Both the position numbers and the translations under genes were made by a program. The notes below the pieces were generated by a model. The model had not been told where the DNA came from and ran no database searches. It worked only from the letters and a program-made list of their open reading frames with translations. From the IMG/VR virus record IMGVR_UViG_2974597119_000001, positions 1 through 64,000 of that record: 64,000 bases of DNA; one strand, 5' to 3'. Positions 19,628 through 29,200 of the stretch are shown here, in pieces; the first letter of the stretch is position 1, and each line of letters begins with the position of its first letter. The DNA is from a virus. Lineage: Duplodnaviria; Caudoviricetes.

Positions 19628-20517
19628 GGCTTACTCCGTTTTTTGAGACCAGTTTTCAGATCGCGCACAAAGCGCTCCACCCATTCGGCCGCGTCGCTTC
19701 GCGAGAGACCGAACGTATTCGCCGAATACTCGACGAGTTCCTTGATCCCGGGGTTGTCGCCGGCGGCGCCGTGGCGCATCGCATCGGCGAGCTTGTTCCG
19801 GAAATCGAAGTAGTTTGCCGGACCACCGGCATCGAGGGACTGCATGCCGAGCGCAGCGCCGCCCGTCTTGCCGACGGCATCGGTCGCATAGCCGGCCTCG
19901 AGCGCTTTCGACAGATCCAGGCCGCCCACGCCCCAGCACTTCGCGAGCGCACCGAACGGCACGGTCGCCACGGTCGGCACGGTCTGGTTCACCGGCGTCT
20001 TGCTGAATCCGATGTTGGTCCAGCGCACGCGCTTGACGAAAGCCTTCCGCAGCTTCGTGGTGGGGTCGATCTCGACGGCCTTCTCGAGCACCGCGCCGCC
20101 GACGGACGGATACCAGCGCGCCGGCGGGTCGACCTCGGTCACCGAGCTCCAGAATTGATTGGCGCGCTCCGCCGCCGGGCCCGTGCCGGCGAAGATTTCG
20201 CCTTTGACGAACGTGCGCCCGTCGGCGAAGCGCGCCTCGACCGGGCGACCGATCTCGAACAGCGTGTAGTCGGGGATCCCTGCCTTCGCGCCAATCTGTG
20301 TGATGTGATCGATGTCGAGATTGCCGTAGCGCAGGTAGTAGTCCGACGACGAGGAGAGTGCCTTTTGCAGCACCACCTCATTCTGTTGATCGGTCGCCTC
20401 GTTGCTCGCCTCGATGAACACGAACCGGCGACCGCCATCCATCATGGGCGTCGCCTTGAGCATCGAACCGATGCTCAAGTATTCGGGTACAGAGGCCAGC
20501 AGGTCGCGTTGATCCAT
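19624..20517 (-). CDS. Prohead protease
   Basis: EASNEATDQQNEVV, NLDIDH, YPSVGG and FSKTPVN motifs of herpes-fold phage proteases. Confidence 0.8.
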   Translation of the reverse strand: MDQRDLLASVPEYLSIGSMLKATPMMDGGRRFVFIEASNEATDQQNEVVLQKALSSSSDYYLRYGNLDIDHITQIGAKAGIPDYTLFEIGRPVEARFADGRTFVKGEIFAGTGPAAERANQFWSSVTEVDPPARWYPSVGGAVLEKAVEIDPTTKLRKAFVKRVRWTNIGFSKTPVNQTVPTVATVPFGALAKCWGVGGLDLSKALEAGYATDAVGKTGGAALGMQSLDAGGPANYFDFRNKLADAMRHGAAGDNPGIKELVEYSANTFGLSRSDAAEWVERFVRDLKTGLKKRSKP

Positions 20518-20539
20518 GCCGCAATTGTGCTGTCACGAC
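20518..20539 (-). promoter_or_regulatory. Late-type promoter, leaderless (GTCGTGAC-AG-CACAAT-6nt-ATG)
   Basis: Recurrent motif at the head of the protease-scaffold-capsid operon. Confidence 0.8.
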
Positions 20540-20562
20540 TTTTTTGGCTGGCACACCCGCAT

Positions 20563-20587
20563 AAAAAAAGGCGCCCGAAGGCGCCCA
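20563..20587 (-). terminator. Rho-independent terminator
   Basis: GGCGCC-loop-GGCGCC stem followed by T7 on the minus strand. Confidence 0.8.
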
Positions 20588-20611
20588 AGATCCCAAGGTA
20601 GGGGGATGCGG

Positions 20612-20872
20612 TTATGCGTTGCCCAGCGCCTCGCGCGCCTGGGCGATGACTTGATGCAGCCGGCCGCGCTCGTCGACCAGATCGGTGTAGCGCTGCTTCG
20701 CCGCGTCGTCGCCGGTCAGTGCCGCGACGCGCGCGTCCGAAATCTGTCCATCGACTTCGGACAGGCGCTCCTGCGCACGCGCCAGGATGCGCCGCTCCAT
20801 GTCCTCGGTCTGCTTCGCCATCGCGCCGAGCTCGCCAAGCTGGCGCCGCGTGTTTTCGATGTGGGCCTGCAT
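20612..20872 (-). CDS. Coiled-coil hypothetical protein
   Basis: Likely start MQAHIEN at 20872, coupled to the upstream stop. Confidence 0.6.
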   Translation of the reverse strand: MQAHIENTRRQLGELGAMAKQTEDMERRILARAQERLSEVDGQISDARVAALTGDDAAKQRYTDLVDERGRLHQVIAQAREALGNA

Positions 20873-21084
20873 CAGCGCGTCTCCGCCAAGCACTGCGCGC
20901 GCAGGTCTGCGGCCTTGATGGAATAGCACATGCCCGGCTCCTTGCGCGCCTTGGCGATGCAGTGCGCGCGGGCGTCCATATTGCCGATGGTGTAGCAGGC
21001 GCTCACGTCGGCGGCGTGCGCCGGCGCCACGACGTGCAGCATCGCGAGCGCGGCCAGCAGGGAAAGAATGCGTTTCGGGTTCAT
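20872..21084 (-). CDS. Small secreted Cys-rich protein
   Basis: Signal peptide ending AHA|A; two CYxIxxxDxRAxC repeats. Confidence 0.65.
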   Translation of the reverse strand: MNPKRILSLLAALAMLHVVAPAHAADVSACYTIGNMDARAHCIAKARKEPGMCYSIKAADLRAQCLAETR

Positions 21085-21097
21085 GGCTCAAATATAA

Positions 21098-24000
21098 TCA
21101 AAGCAGAGACGGTTGTGAATCCGGCGCGGCCTGACGTTGTTTCAAATAGTAAGCCACGCCGGACTCGTCGAGCCCTTCCAGCGGCGTCGTCATCAGATCG
21201 CGCAGCCCGTATTTCTTGCGCAGGCGGTCGCGCGCGCGGTGGACTTCGGGGTGATCCGGCACGCCGTCGATCAGCTCCACGTCGTTTTTCTGGCCGGTGC
21301 GGAAGATGCGGCCGTTGCGCTGCGCGTGCGTCATGGCCGTCTGCGGGGTGTCGTATTGGTACAACCATTGCCCGCGCTGGATGTTCATGCCCGTGGCGCC
21401 GGCGTCGGACGCGACCAGGATGTCGGCCTGGGCTTCGCCCTGCTCGGGGTTGAACATCTGCCGCTTGCGGTCCTTTTCCTTGGCGCTGTCGGCGCCGGTG
21501 ATGGTGACCACGCGGTGCCCTTCCCGCTCCAGCCGCTCGGTCAGCATCTTCACCGCCTCGAGCGAGTGCGCGAACACCACGCCGGGCTTACCCTTGCGCT
21601 CGGCCGCGACCTGGGAGAGCTGGTCGACGTTGGGGTTGTCCGGGTGCGTGTTGATCACGCGCTGCACGGCCGACGATTTCAGGATTCCCAGGTTCTGCTG
21701 CAGGTCGCGGGCGACGGCTTCATGCTGATCGTCCGGAACGCCCTCGAACGACGACGGCGAGATCGCGCGCATGGCGGTCACGTCCACCTTGCCCTGCATG
21801 CGCGCCAGCCGCGCCGTGCTGAAATGCTGGTCCAGCTCGCCCAGCGCCAGCTTCTGGCCGTCGGACAGGCCCAGGCGCATTTCCTTGCGGTCGGCCGCCA
21901 CGTCCGGATCGATCTTCGACGGATACACGTAGCGCGCCATCTCGCGGCGCAGCGCATCCTTCGACGCCAGCGTGTCGGCGCCGTAGCGGCGCATGAACGC
22001 GGCGCGGTCGTTGTACCGGGCCGGATCCATCTTGCGCATCAGGTCGTAGACCTCGGACGCGTCATTCTTCACCGGGTCGCCGGACGCCATCAGATAGTAA
22101 GGTGTGTGGTGCGACAGCGCGTCGACAACGTTGGCGAGCCGCGAGTTTTCCTTGCCGGCGCGGTTGAGGGTGTACTGGCTTTCGTCGACCGTGAGGTAAT
22201 CGAAATTGATACCCTCGGCATCCAGGACGCCGCGCATCCAGTCCTTGCGCTCGTCGTCGGTCATGGCGTTCAGCCGGTCGGACATTTCCGACTCGGCGAT
22301 GCCGGCGTGCTTGGCGCCCAGGTGCAGCATGTCGTCGCGGAACGACTGATGCGTCATGACGGCGAAATGCGTGTCCGGGTTCTTGTAGGCGGCGATGCGA
22401 TCCTCGCGGCCGGCGCCGGGCTCGATGTGCCAGTTGAACTTGCCGGGCTCGAGGTAGCGCAGGGCCTCGCCAGAGAACTGGCCCTGCACGATGGACGGCA
22501 CCAGGAACAGGCCGCGCTTCACCTTGCCCTGCTCGCGCAGGTGCGTGAACGAGGCGAGCTGCAGCAGCGACTTGCCGGAGCCGGTGCCGAACGCCGCGAC
22601 GACGCGCTTGTTGGCGTCGACCATCTTCACCAGCCGCTGGCGCGCCGCGTTCTTGCCGCCGCTCATGGTCGGATTCCAGAGCTTGGTCGGCTGGCCCGGT
22701 TTGAAATTCTGGCCGACGATTCCCATCATGCCGGCAATCTGCCGCTCGGCCTCGTGCCCCAGCGTGTGCCGCTCATCGCCGCCAAGCTGGATTTCCTTCG
22801 CCGCCTCGCCCGCACCACCGCCGAACATATCGTCCTGGGCGGAGAAAAAGCCCATCTGTGCCTGCTCGAACGCTTCCTGCCGGTCGCGCGCGGCGTCCAT
22901 CTTCTCGCCCACGCTACCGCTGGCGTAGCGGCCGCCCACGCGCTCGCGCAGGCTGTCGATCAGCGCGCGCTCGCGCTGCATGCGATCCTCGCGCGCGGCC
23001 GGGTCGGTCGCGTCGAGGTGATTCAAATTGTTACGGATGACGGCCTTGCCCAGCTTGATCGGCGCGCCCGGGTTGAGGCGGTTGTGGGCGTCCGCGAACG
23101 ACTTCGCGACGTTCGAGCGGATCAGATCCTGCACCGCCTCGTAGGCGTTCTCGTTGCCGCGCATCGTGTCGACGTACTTGCCCCAGGTCAGCGACGCCGC
23201 GCCGACCTTGGCCGCGAGCTCGTCGCGCTGCTGGCGCCACTCGGACCATTCGGGGTTGGTCACGGTGTCGCCGAACATATCGGTCGTCTCTTTCTCCGGC
23301 TCGGCGCCCTGAATGCGGTCCAGGTCCGCGCGCAGGCCGGCGGCCTCGGGGCTTTCCTTCGCCACGTTGCGATAGAAGAACTCGCGCAGCGCGCGCTGGT
23401 CCTGCGGCGTCAGCTCGCCGAGCTGCTTGTAGGCGGCCGTGCCCTCCGGCGTGTCCGACAGGGCGCGGTGCAGCGCGTCGACCGCCTTCTGGTCGACCGT
23501 GAATTTCTGCCGGTTCAGGGTCGAACGGCCGCCGCCGTAGCGCTGCTCGACGAACTGGTCGGCATACTGGTCGAAGCGATCCGCCAGGGCCTCGGCGCGC
23601 TGCATCTTGCCGTCCTGGCCCTTGAGCGGCGCCACCGCGTCGAGCGCGGCGCGGTATTCTTCCGACCGGTCGCGGCCCACCTTGACGAAGAACTCCGCCG
23701 ACTGGATGTCGGCCACGATATCGCCCGGCGCGTCGCCGTCGGCCGCACGGCCGCCGATGTAATCGCGCAGCGACTGCTCGAGGTCGGCGCCCGGCTGGAA
23801 TTGCTCGGCGAGGCGCGGCGCGACGCCGGGCTTCACGTCCATAACCAGGTCTGGCCGGTTCGCCACGCCCAGCGGCAACCAGCCGTCCTCGTCGTGCTCG
23901 CCCTGGATGATCGAGAGGTTGCGGCGCACCTGCTCGAGGTCGCCGCGCTGGATCGGCTTCGCCAGCCGGTCGAGGCCGGCGCCGTTCACGGTCAGGAAGG

Positions 24001-25654
24001 TGTCACCCGCCACGCTGTCGATGGTGTAGTCGCCGCGCTGCAGGCCGATGGCCCGCACCTGCCGGATGGCGTCCTCGATGCCCAGCTTGCCGAGCGAGAC
24101 CTGGAACTGGTCTTTCTTGCCCTGCTTGAGCGCCACGACCAGGGCCGCGTTCGCCTCCATCTCGCCCAGGGCCTGACCCAGCACCTTCTGCGCGCCCGTC
24201 ACGGCTTCGCGCCGGCGCGCGTTCAGCTCCTGCGCAGCCTGCAGGTCGGCGCCCGTGGCCGCCTCGCCGAGCTCGATTTCCTTCGCCGCGTCCATCAGGT
24301 CGCGCGCGGTGCCCAGGGCCTCCTCGCTAGCCTGCATATAATGGTGAAGGTGGAAGTCCTGCATGCCTTCGGCGACCCGCTCCACCTCGTCCGGCATGTC
24401 GGTGTGGATCCGGCGCGCCAGCACCTGCGCGGCACCGGCCACGCCCAGCACGTCGACGACGCTGCGGTCGACCAGGGCATCACCGCCGACGGCCAGCGCC
24501 AGCGAGTTGACGCTGTTGTAGGCGCCGATGCCGATATGCTTGCCCAGGGTTTCCTCGGGATTCGGCCCGGCCAGCTTCTCGAACTCGGACAGGAACGCCC
24601 GCGTCTGCATGGTGCGCAGGTCGTTGTTCAAGTCCTCGGCAATCTTGGCGTCGGTGTCCGGGTCGGCGCTGTACTCGAGCACGTAGGCTTTCGGCTCGGC
24701 GGCCGCGCGGTCGATTTCGGCGCTCGCCTCCCGCGCCTTCTTCTGGATGGCGCGCAGCTTCTTCTGCGCGCGCAGCAGTTCGACCGCCTGCTTGGCGTCG
24801 GCCAGGGCGGCGTCGGCGTCCGGCACGGCCGGCTCGCGGATGTTCTTGAGCTCGTCGCGGATCATGCGCGCGGTCTCGCCGCGCTGCACGGCCGCCTTGC
24901 GCTGGGCGTCCGTCATCTGCGCCTGCTTCGCGGCGCGCGCGCGGTCGGCCTCGGCCTTGAGCTCGTCGTCCGTCAGGCCGGCATCCTCGGCGCGCCCCTT
25001 GTAGTCCGTCTGGAAGCCCAGGCCGCCCGGGTTGTCAGGAATCGGGTTCAGGTCTTGGACCGACAGCACCTCCGGATCCTTGGCGTCCAGCGGAACCTCG
25101 CCGATGCCCGCCTCCATGCGCGCGGCCGAATCGGTGACAAGGCGCTGGCGCTGCAGCTCGACCGCATCGTTGGCGCGCTGCACGAGCTCGCGGTGATGCT
25201 TCTTGCGCATCTTGCCGAGCGCCGCGTCGGACAGGTGCGCGTAATCGGCCTCCGGAAACTCCAGGCCGGCCGGATCCCAGCCCATCGTTTGCGCGACGGT
25301 CTGCACGAACTCGCGCTCGTGCGCCATGCGCTGCGCGCGCACGTTCTCCTGCGCCTTCTTCTTCGACTCGAGGATGCCCGCCTCTTTGTCGCGCTTGCGC
25401 TGTTCCTTTTTCTGGTCAGCCTTGTCCTTCTTGCGCTGCTCGGCCTCGCGCTTGTATTCGGACTCCGAGCGCACGCTGCGCAGCTTGAGATAGTTCAGCT
25501 TGCCGCCGGCGCCGCCGATGACGTGCGCCGAGCCGTCCGGGTTTTCCTGGATCAGCACAGGCTGCCCCTCGGTGCCCGGCCCATTGGGATGCACGGTGAT
25601 CCAGCGCGCGCCGGCCGGGATTTTCGAGGCTTTCAGGAACAGGATCGGCTTCAT
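21098..25654 (-). CDS. Large SNF2/SF2 helicase-like protein, probable virion cargo
   Basis: Start MKPILFLKA (25654); FGTGSGKS, VDESQ, GMNIQ and QRNGR motifs. Confidence 0.85.
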   Translation of the reverse strand: MKPILFLKASKIPAGARWITVHPNGPGTEGQPVLIQENPDGSAHVIGGAGGKLNYLKLRSVRSESEYKREAEQRKKDKADQKKEQRKRDKEAGILESKKKAQENVRAQRMAHEREFVQTVAQTMGWDPAGLEFPEADYAHLSDAALGKMRKKHHRELVQRANDAVELQRQRLVTDSAARMEAGIGEVPLDAKDPEVLSVQDLNPIPDNPGGLGFQTDYKGRAEDAGLTDDELKAEADRARAAKQAQMTDAQRKAAVQRGETARMIRDELKNIREPAVPDADAALADAKQAVELLRAQKKLRAIQKKAREASAEIDRAAAEPKAYVLEYSADPDTDAKIAEDLNNDLRTMQTRAFLSEFEKLAGPNPEETLGKHIGIGAYNSVNSLALAVGGDALVDRSVVDVLGVAGAAQVLARRIHTDMPDEVERVAEGMQDFHLHHYMQASEEALGTARDLMDAAKEIELGEAATGADLQAAQELNARRREAVTGAQKVLGQALGEMEANAALVVALKQGKKDQFQVSLGKLGIEDAIRQVRAIGLQRGDYTIDSVAGDTFLTVNGAGLDRLAKPIQRGDLEQVRRNLSIIQGEHDEDGWLPLGVANRPDLVMDVKPGVAPRLAEQFQPGADLEQSLRDYIGGRAADGDAPGDIVADIQSAEFFVKVGRDRSEEYRAALDAVAPLKGQDGKMQRAEALADRFDQYADQFVEQRYGGGRSTLNRQKFTVDQKAVDALHRALSDTPEGTAAYKQLGELTPQDQRALREFFYRNVAKESPEAAGLRADLDRIQGAEPEKETTDMFGDTVTNPEWSEWRQQRDELAAKVGAASLTWGKYVDTMRGNENAYEAVQDLIRSNVAKSFADAHNRLNPGAPIKLGKAVIRNNLNHLDATDPAAREDRMQRERALIDSLRERVGGRYASGSVGEKMDAARDRQEAFEQAQMGFFSAQDDMFGGGAGEAAKEIQLGGDERHTLGHEAERQIAGMMGIVGQNFKPGQPTKLWNPTMSGGKNAARQRLVKMVDANKRVVAAFGTGSGKSLLQLASFTHLREQGKVKRGLFLVPSIVQGQFSGEALRYLEPGKFNWHIEPGAGREDRIAAYKNPDTHFAVMTHQSFRDDMLHLGAKHAGIAESEMSDRLNAMTDDERKDWMRGVLDAEGINFDYLTVDESQYTLNRAGKENSRLANVVDALSHHTPYYLMASGDPVKNDASEVYDLMRKMDPARYNDRAAFMRRYGADTLASKDALRREMARYVYPSKIDPDVAADRKEMRLGLSDGQKLALGELDQHFSTARLARMQGKVDVTAMRAISPSSFEGVPDDQHEAVARDLQQNLGILKSSAVQRVINTHPDNPNVDQLSQVAAERKGKPGVVFAHSLEAVKMLTERLEREGHRVVTITGADSAKEKDRKRQMFNPEQGEAQADILVASDAGATGMNIQRGQWLYQYDTPQTAMTHAQRNGRIFRTGQKNDVELIDGVPDHPEVHRARDRLRKKYGLRDLMTTPLEGLDESGVAYYLKQRQAAPDSQPSLL

Positions 25655-25677
25655 AATGCCGATGGTATGGTCACGAC
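25655..25677 (-). promoter_or_regulatory. Late-type promoter, leaderless (GTCGTGAC-CA-TACCAT-7nt-ATG)
   Basis: Recurrent motif. Confidence 0.7.
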
Positions 25678-25684
25678 ATGAGCA

Positions 25685-25914
25685 GGCCCCGGCGTTACCG
25701 CCGGGGCCCCGTTGTCTTTCCAACCGTCCGCGACACCTTTCGCAACGCCAGCACCCCTATGCACCGGTCTCGCTGCTACTCGGACAGGCACGCCGCAAGG
25801 AGAACGGCGCCCCGCGCAGCCGGGGTTTTTCTCTACAATCCACGCCCGGCTGGGACTGTCCGGCCTATCCTCTCATGAGGCCCCGCCGGCTGGGGGATCA
25901 GCTATCGCAAACAT
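25685..25914 (-). ncRNA. Candidate structured ncRNA (~230 nt) with its own late-type promoter at 25920-25935
   Basis: No credible ORF (13 codons only); nested helices 25781-87/25856-62, 25817-24/25845-52, 25791-95/25805-09; strong 3' hairpin 25685-25708. Confidence 0.5.
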
Positions 25915-25938
25915 GGCCCATCATTGCGTCACGACCGG

Positions 25939-26265
25939 TCAGAGGCCGCCGGCATCCGCATCGATCAAGGTGAAGGTCTCGCCCTCCGGGTCGGTCAGGT
26001 CGGCCGAGCCCATCGCGTAGGAGGCATTGATGCGATACGTCTCGATGGCCGCCGCGAGCGCTTCCTGCAGGTCGGCGTGCGCCGGCATGCGGTCGACCAC
26101 GGAATGGTCGATGTAGTCGCCGAGCAGGAACAGGTTGTCGCGCGTGTAGTACCGCTTGAGCAGTTCCTTGATCAGGAACCAGTACACGCCGAAGTTCCGG
26201 TAATTGCGCGGGTCGGTCTGTAGGAGCTGCAGCGTGCTCGCCGCAAGTTGCTTGGGATCGATCAT
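25939..26265 (-). CDS. Hypothetical protein coupled to the DarB-like gene
   Basis: 108 aa, ATGA overlap, GGAGG SD. Confidence 0.7.
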   Translation of the reverse strand: MIDPKQLAASTLQLLQTDPRNYRNFGVYWFLIKELLKRYYTRDNLFLLGDYIDHSVVDRMPAHADLQEALAAAIETYRINASYAMGSADLTDPEGETFTLIDADAGGL

Positions 26266-29200
26266 GCCGCCTCCTTGCGCAGCGCGTCAGCGAGTTTCAT
26301 GCCCTGCGTCTGGAACGGAATATGGGGCTGGTAGGACGGGCCCAGCTCTTTGACGGTTTTCTCGCCGATCTCGGGATGCTTGGCGATCATGTGTCGCACG
26401 GCGTCCGCGACGGCTTCGTTGCTCATGACGGGCAGGCGCATCAGGTCGCGCACGGTTGCCTCGGGGTCGCCATCCTTCGCCGACACCATCATCGCGGCCG
26501 CCAGATCGTGGTAGCCGTTCTTCTCGGCCAGCCTGACAAGAGTGTTGCGCACGGTCCCGGCGACGGGTTGGCCGTTGTACCAACCGTCGGCGGATAGCGC
26601 GCTCCCAATCTGACTGCCATCGCGATAGCTCCACAGCTCATTGGGAAGCACGTTGACCTGCCGGCCATAGCTTTCCGTCTTGGGCTGCACGGCCTGAAAT
26701 GACTGTCCCAGCACGCCGTCATGCTTCGCCTTGGCAAACAGCGTCGCCAGCGCCTTGCGCGGCCACGTCGGCGTGGTCGAGTACCCGAACTCGGCCATCG
26801 GCGCCGCCTCGCGCAGCGCGTCGGCGAAGGTCGGCGCCCGGCGGATGCGCTCGCCCTGGACGCGGCTGAACGCTTCCCGCGCCTCTTTCTCGAAGCCCTC
26901 GCCGAACGCCATCTTGCCGGCCGATGTCCAGCGGTTGTGCCGCTGGCCGAACTTGCCGGGGTACTTCTCGACGAACCGCGCCTCGGACCGGCCGCCGCGC
27001 CGCTTCGTCATGTACTCGGTGCCGAACGTGCGGGCCTGCTGGTCGGCGATATACGCCTGGATGGCCTTCTCGCGGTTTGCCTCGGTCGGAAGCAGGTAAT
27101 CGTGCGTGTCGTGCTGGTTATGATGGCCGTAGCTTTCCGCCACCTCCAGCGCGCCGGTTTCCCGGTTGATCATCGGCACATCGCCATAGGGCATGCGGAA
27201 CGTGTGCGCCTTGGCGCCCGCCTTCACCTGCCGCTGGATCGCATCGTGGCTCGACGCCAGGATCGACGGCGGCAGCGCCGTCACGTCTTCCCAGCTCCCC
27301 AGGTTGTTCGCCTTGTCGGCGGCCGCCGCCTCGAGCTTGGCCGCGACTTGCGCCGCCTCGGCCGCCTCGTCGAACTTGAAGGCCGCCACGCCGTGCGCCA
27401 GCTTCGACGACGGCACGGTGATCGCGCCGGCGCCCTTGATCTCGCCGTAGCGGCGCATGGACACGTCACCCGTGGTCGGGTTCACGTCGGTGACGACCCA
27501 CTTCACGGTGCTGCCGTCGGTCTCCGTCACGTCCAGGCCGGTGCCGCGCTGCATGGCGATGCCGGTATCCGGATGGATGACGACAGGCTGGTCGCTGTCC
27601 AGGGCGCCCTTGGCGCCGAAATACTTGTTGTTCGACAGGATCGTCTTGGCGCGCTCGATCTTGGCGCGCAGGCGTTGGGCGCTCACGGAATTCTTGTTCT
27701 GCAGGTCACGGAAACTGCGCTTCATGACCTGGAACCGGACGAACTCCGACGCGGCCGCACGGCGCTGCTCGCCGTCGTAGCGCTCCTGCGCCGCCGCCTT
27801 GTCGGCCTCGAACTTGGCGCGCTCGGCTTCCGGGTCGGCCGACATCATGATCAGCAGGTCGGAGCGGTCGAACCGGCCCTCGCGCGCCATGTTGTCCACG
27901 CGGTCGCCGCCGTTCCACAGCACGTCCTGCCAGTCCTTTTTCGCCATCATCGACTGATAGCGATAGCCGTCGAACGAGCCCTTGCTGATGTAGACGTGCA
28001 GCCGCACGGCCTCGTTGATATTGCCCTGGCGCAGGCCACGCCCGTTGCGCTGCTGCATCGAGGCCGGCTCCCACGGCAGGTCCATATGGTGGATGTCGGT
28101 CGTGCGTTTCTGGAGGTTCTGGCCCTCCTCCATCGTCTTGTTGCCGATTACTACATCGAGCTTCCCGGCATTGAACGCGTCAGCGATGTTCTGCCGTTTG
28201 GCAGACGATTCCGCCTCCTGCGCGTTCATGATCGCGATCCGGTCGCGCGGGATACCGGCCTTCACCAGGGCGGCGGCGATCTTCTCGTGCGTGTCCACGG
28301 CCTCGGCGAACACCACCTGCCCGCCATCCTTGGCGCCAGCGGCGATATGCTTGGCGGCCTCGGCGTATTTCGGCGAGTGCGCGCCGGCGTGCTCGGCGCC
28401 CAGCAGCTCCAGGTCCATCGCCGCCTTCGCCATCTTGTCCATGATCGAGAAGATGTGCGCGTCGCCGGTCGCATCCTTCTTCGTGGCGAGCTCGGCCATC
28501 TGCTCGCGCAGGTCCGCGTACACCGCCTGCTGCTCGGCCGTCATGTCGATCATGTGCATGCGGTCGTCGCGCGCCGGCAGCGCCAGCCCCACGTCGGCCG
28601 CCGTCTTGCGGTCGATGTAGCGGCGCATGATCTCGCGCAGCTCACCCAGGTTCTTGAACCCGACCGTGACCAGCGCATCCTGGATCGTGCCGTCGGTGCC
28701 CAGGATCTTGTCGTTGGCGAACTCGCAGAAGCGGTCGAGGAATTCTTCCGAGTTGCGGATGCCGATGCGCTCGAACGCCTCCGGCGAGATATGCGACAGC
28801 ATCGAGTAAATCTCGAGCGGCGAGTTCTTCGTCGGCGTCGCGGTCAGCATGAAAATGCCGTTGCCGCCGTTCTGCTCACGCACCCACCTCGTCTTGAGGT
28901 TCATGTCGAGCGCGCGATTCGACAGGCCCTGGCCGCCCAGGAACTTCGGCGACTCGCCGAACCGGGCGCGCGCCGCGTACAGGTTTTTGAACGCGTGGCC
29001 CTCGTCAACCAGGAGCATGTCGACGCCCAGGTCGTTGAAGTAGATCGCGTCGGTGCGCTTACGGAAATCGCGGTCGGCGATGGCCTGCTCGTAAGCCTCG
29101 CGCACCTTCTTGCGGCGCTTGTCGCCGGCGTTGCCCAGCTTGTCGCCGCGCTGGACCCAAAAATCCTCGCCGACGTACTGTTCCTTGGTGATCGGGTCCA

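Noticed and set aside
25655-25723. ORF-track N-terminal extensions (25723, 14024, 10710, 2266, 33326, 21091, 52652)
   Set aside because: Promoter motif, SD or stop-start coupling supports shorter starts (25654, 13976, 10674, 1816, 33110, 20872, 52586)
25685-25914. 6S RNA or hammerhead ribozyme identity for the small ncRNA candidate
   Set aside because: The pairings I can see give a branched fold rather than a 6S rod, and there is no CUGAUGA core
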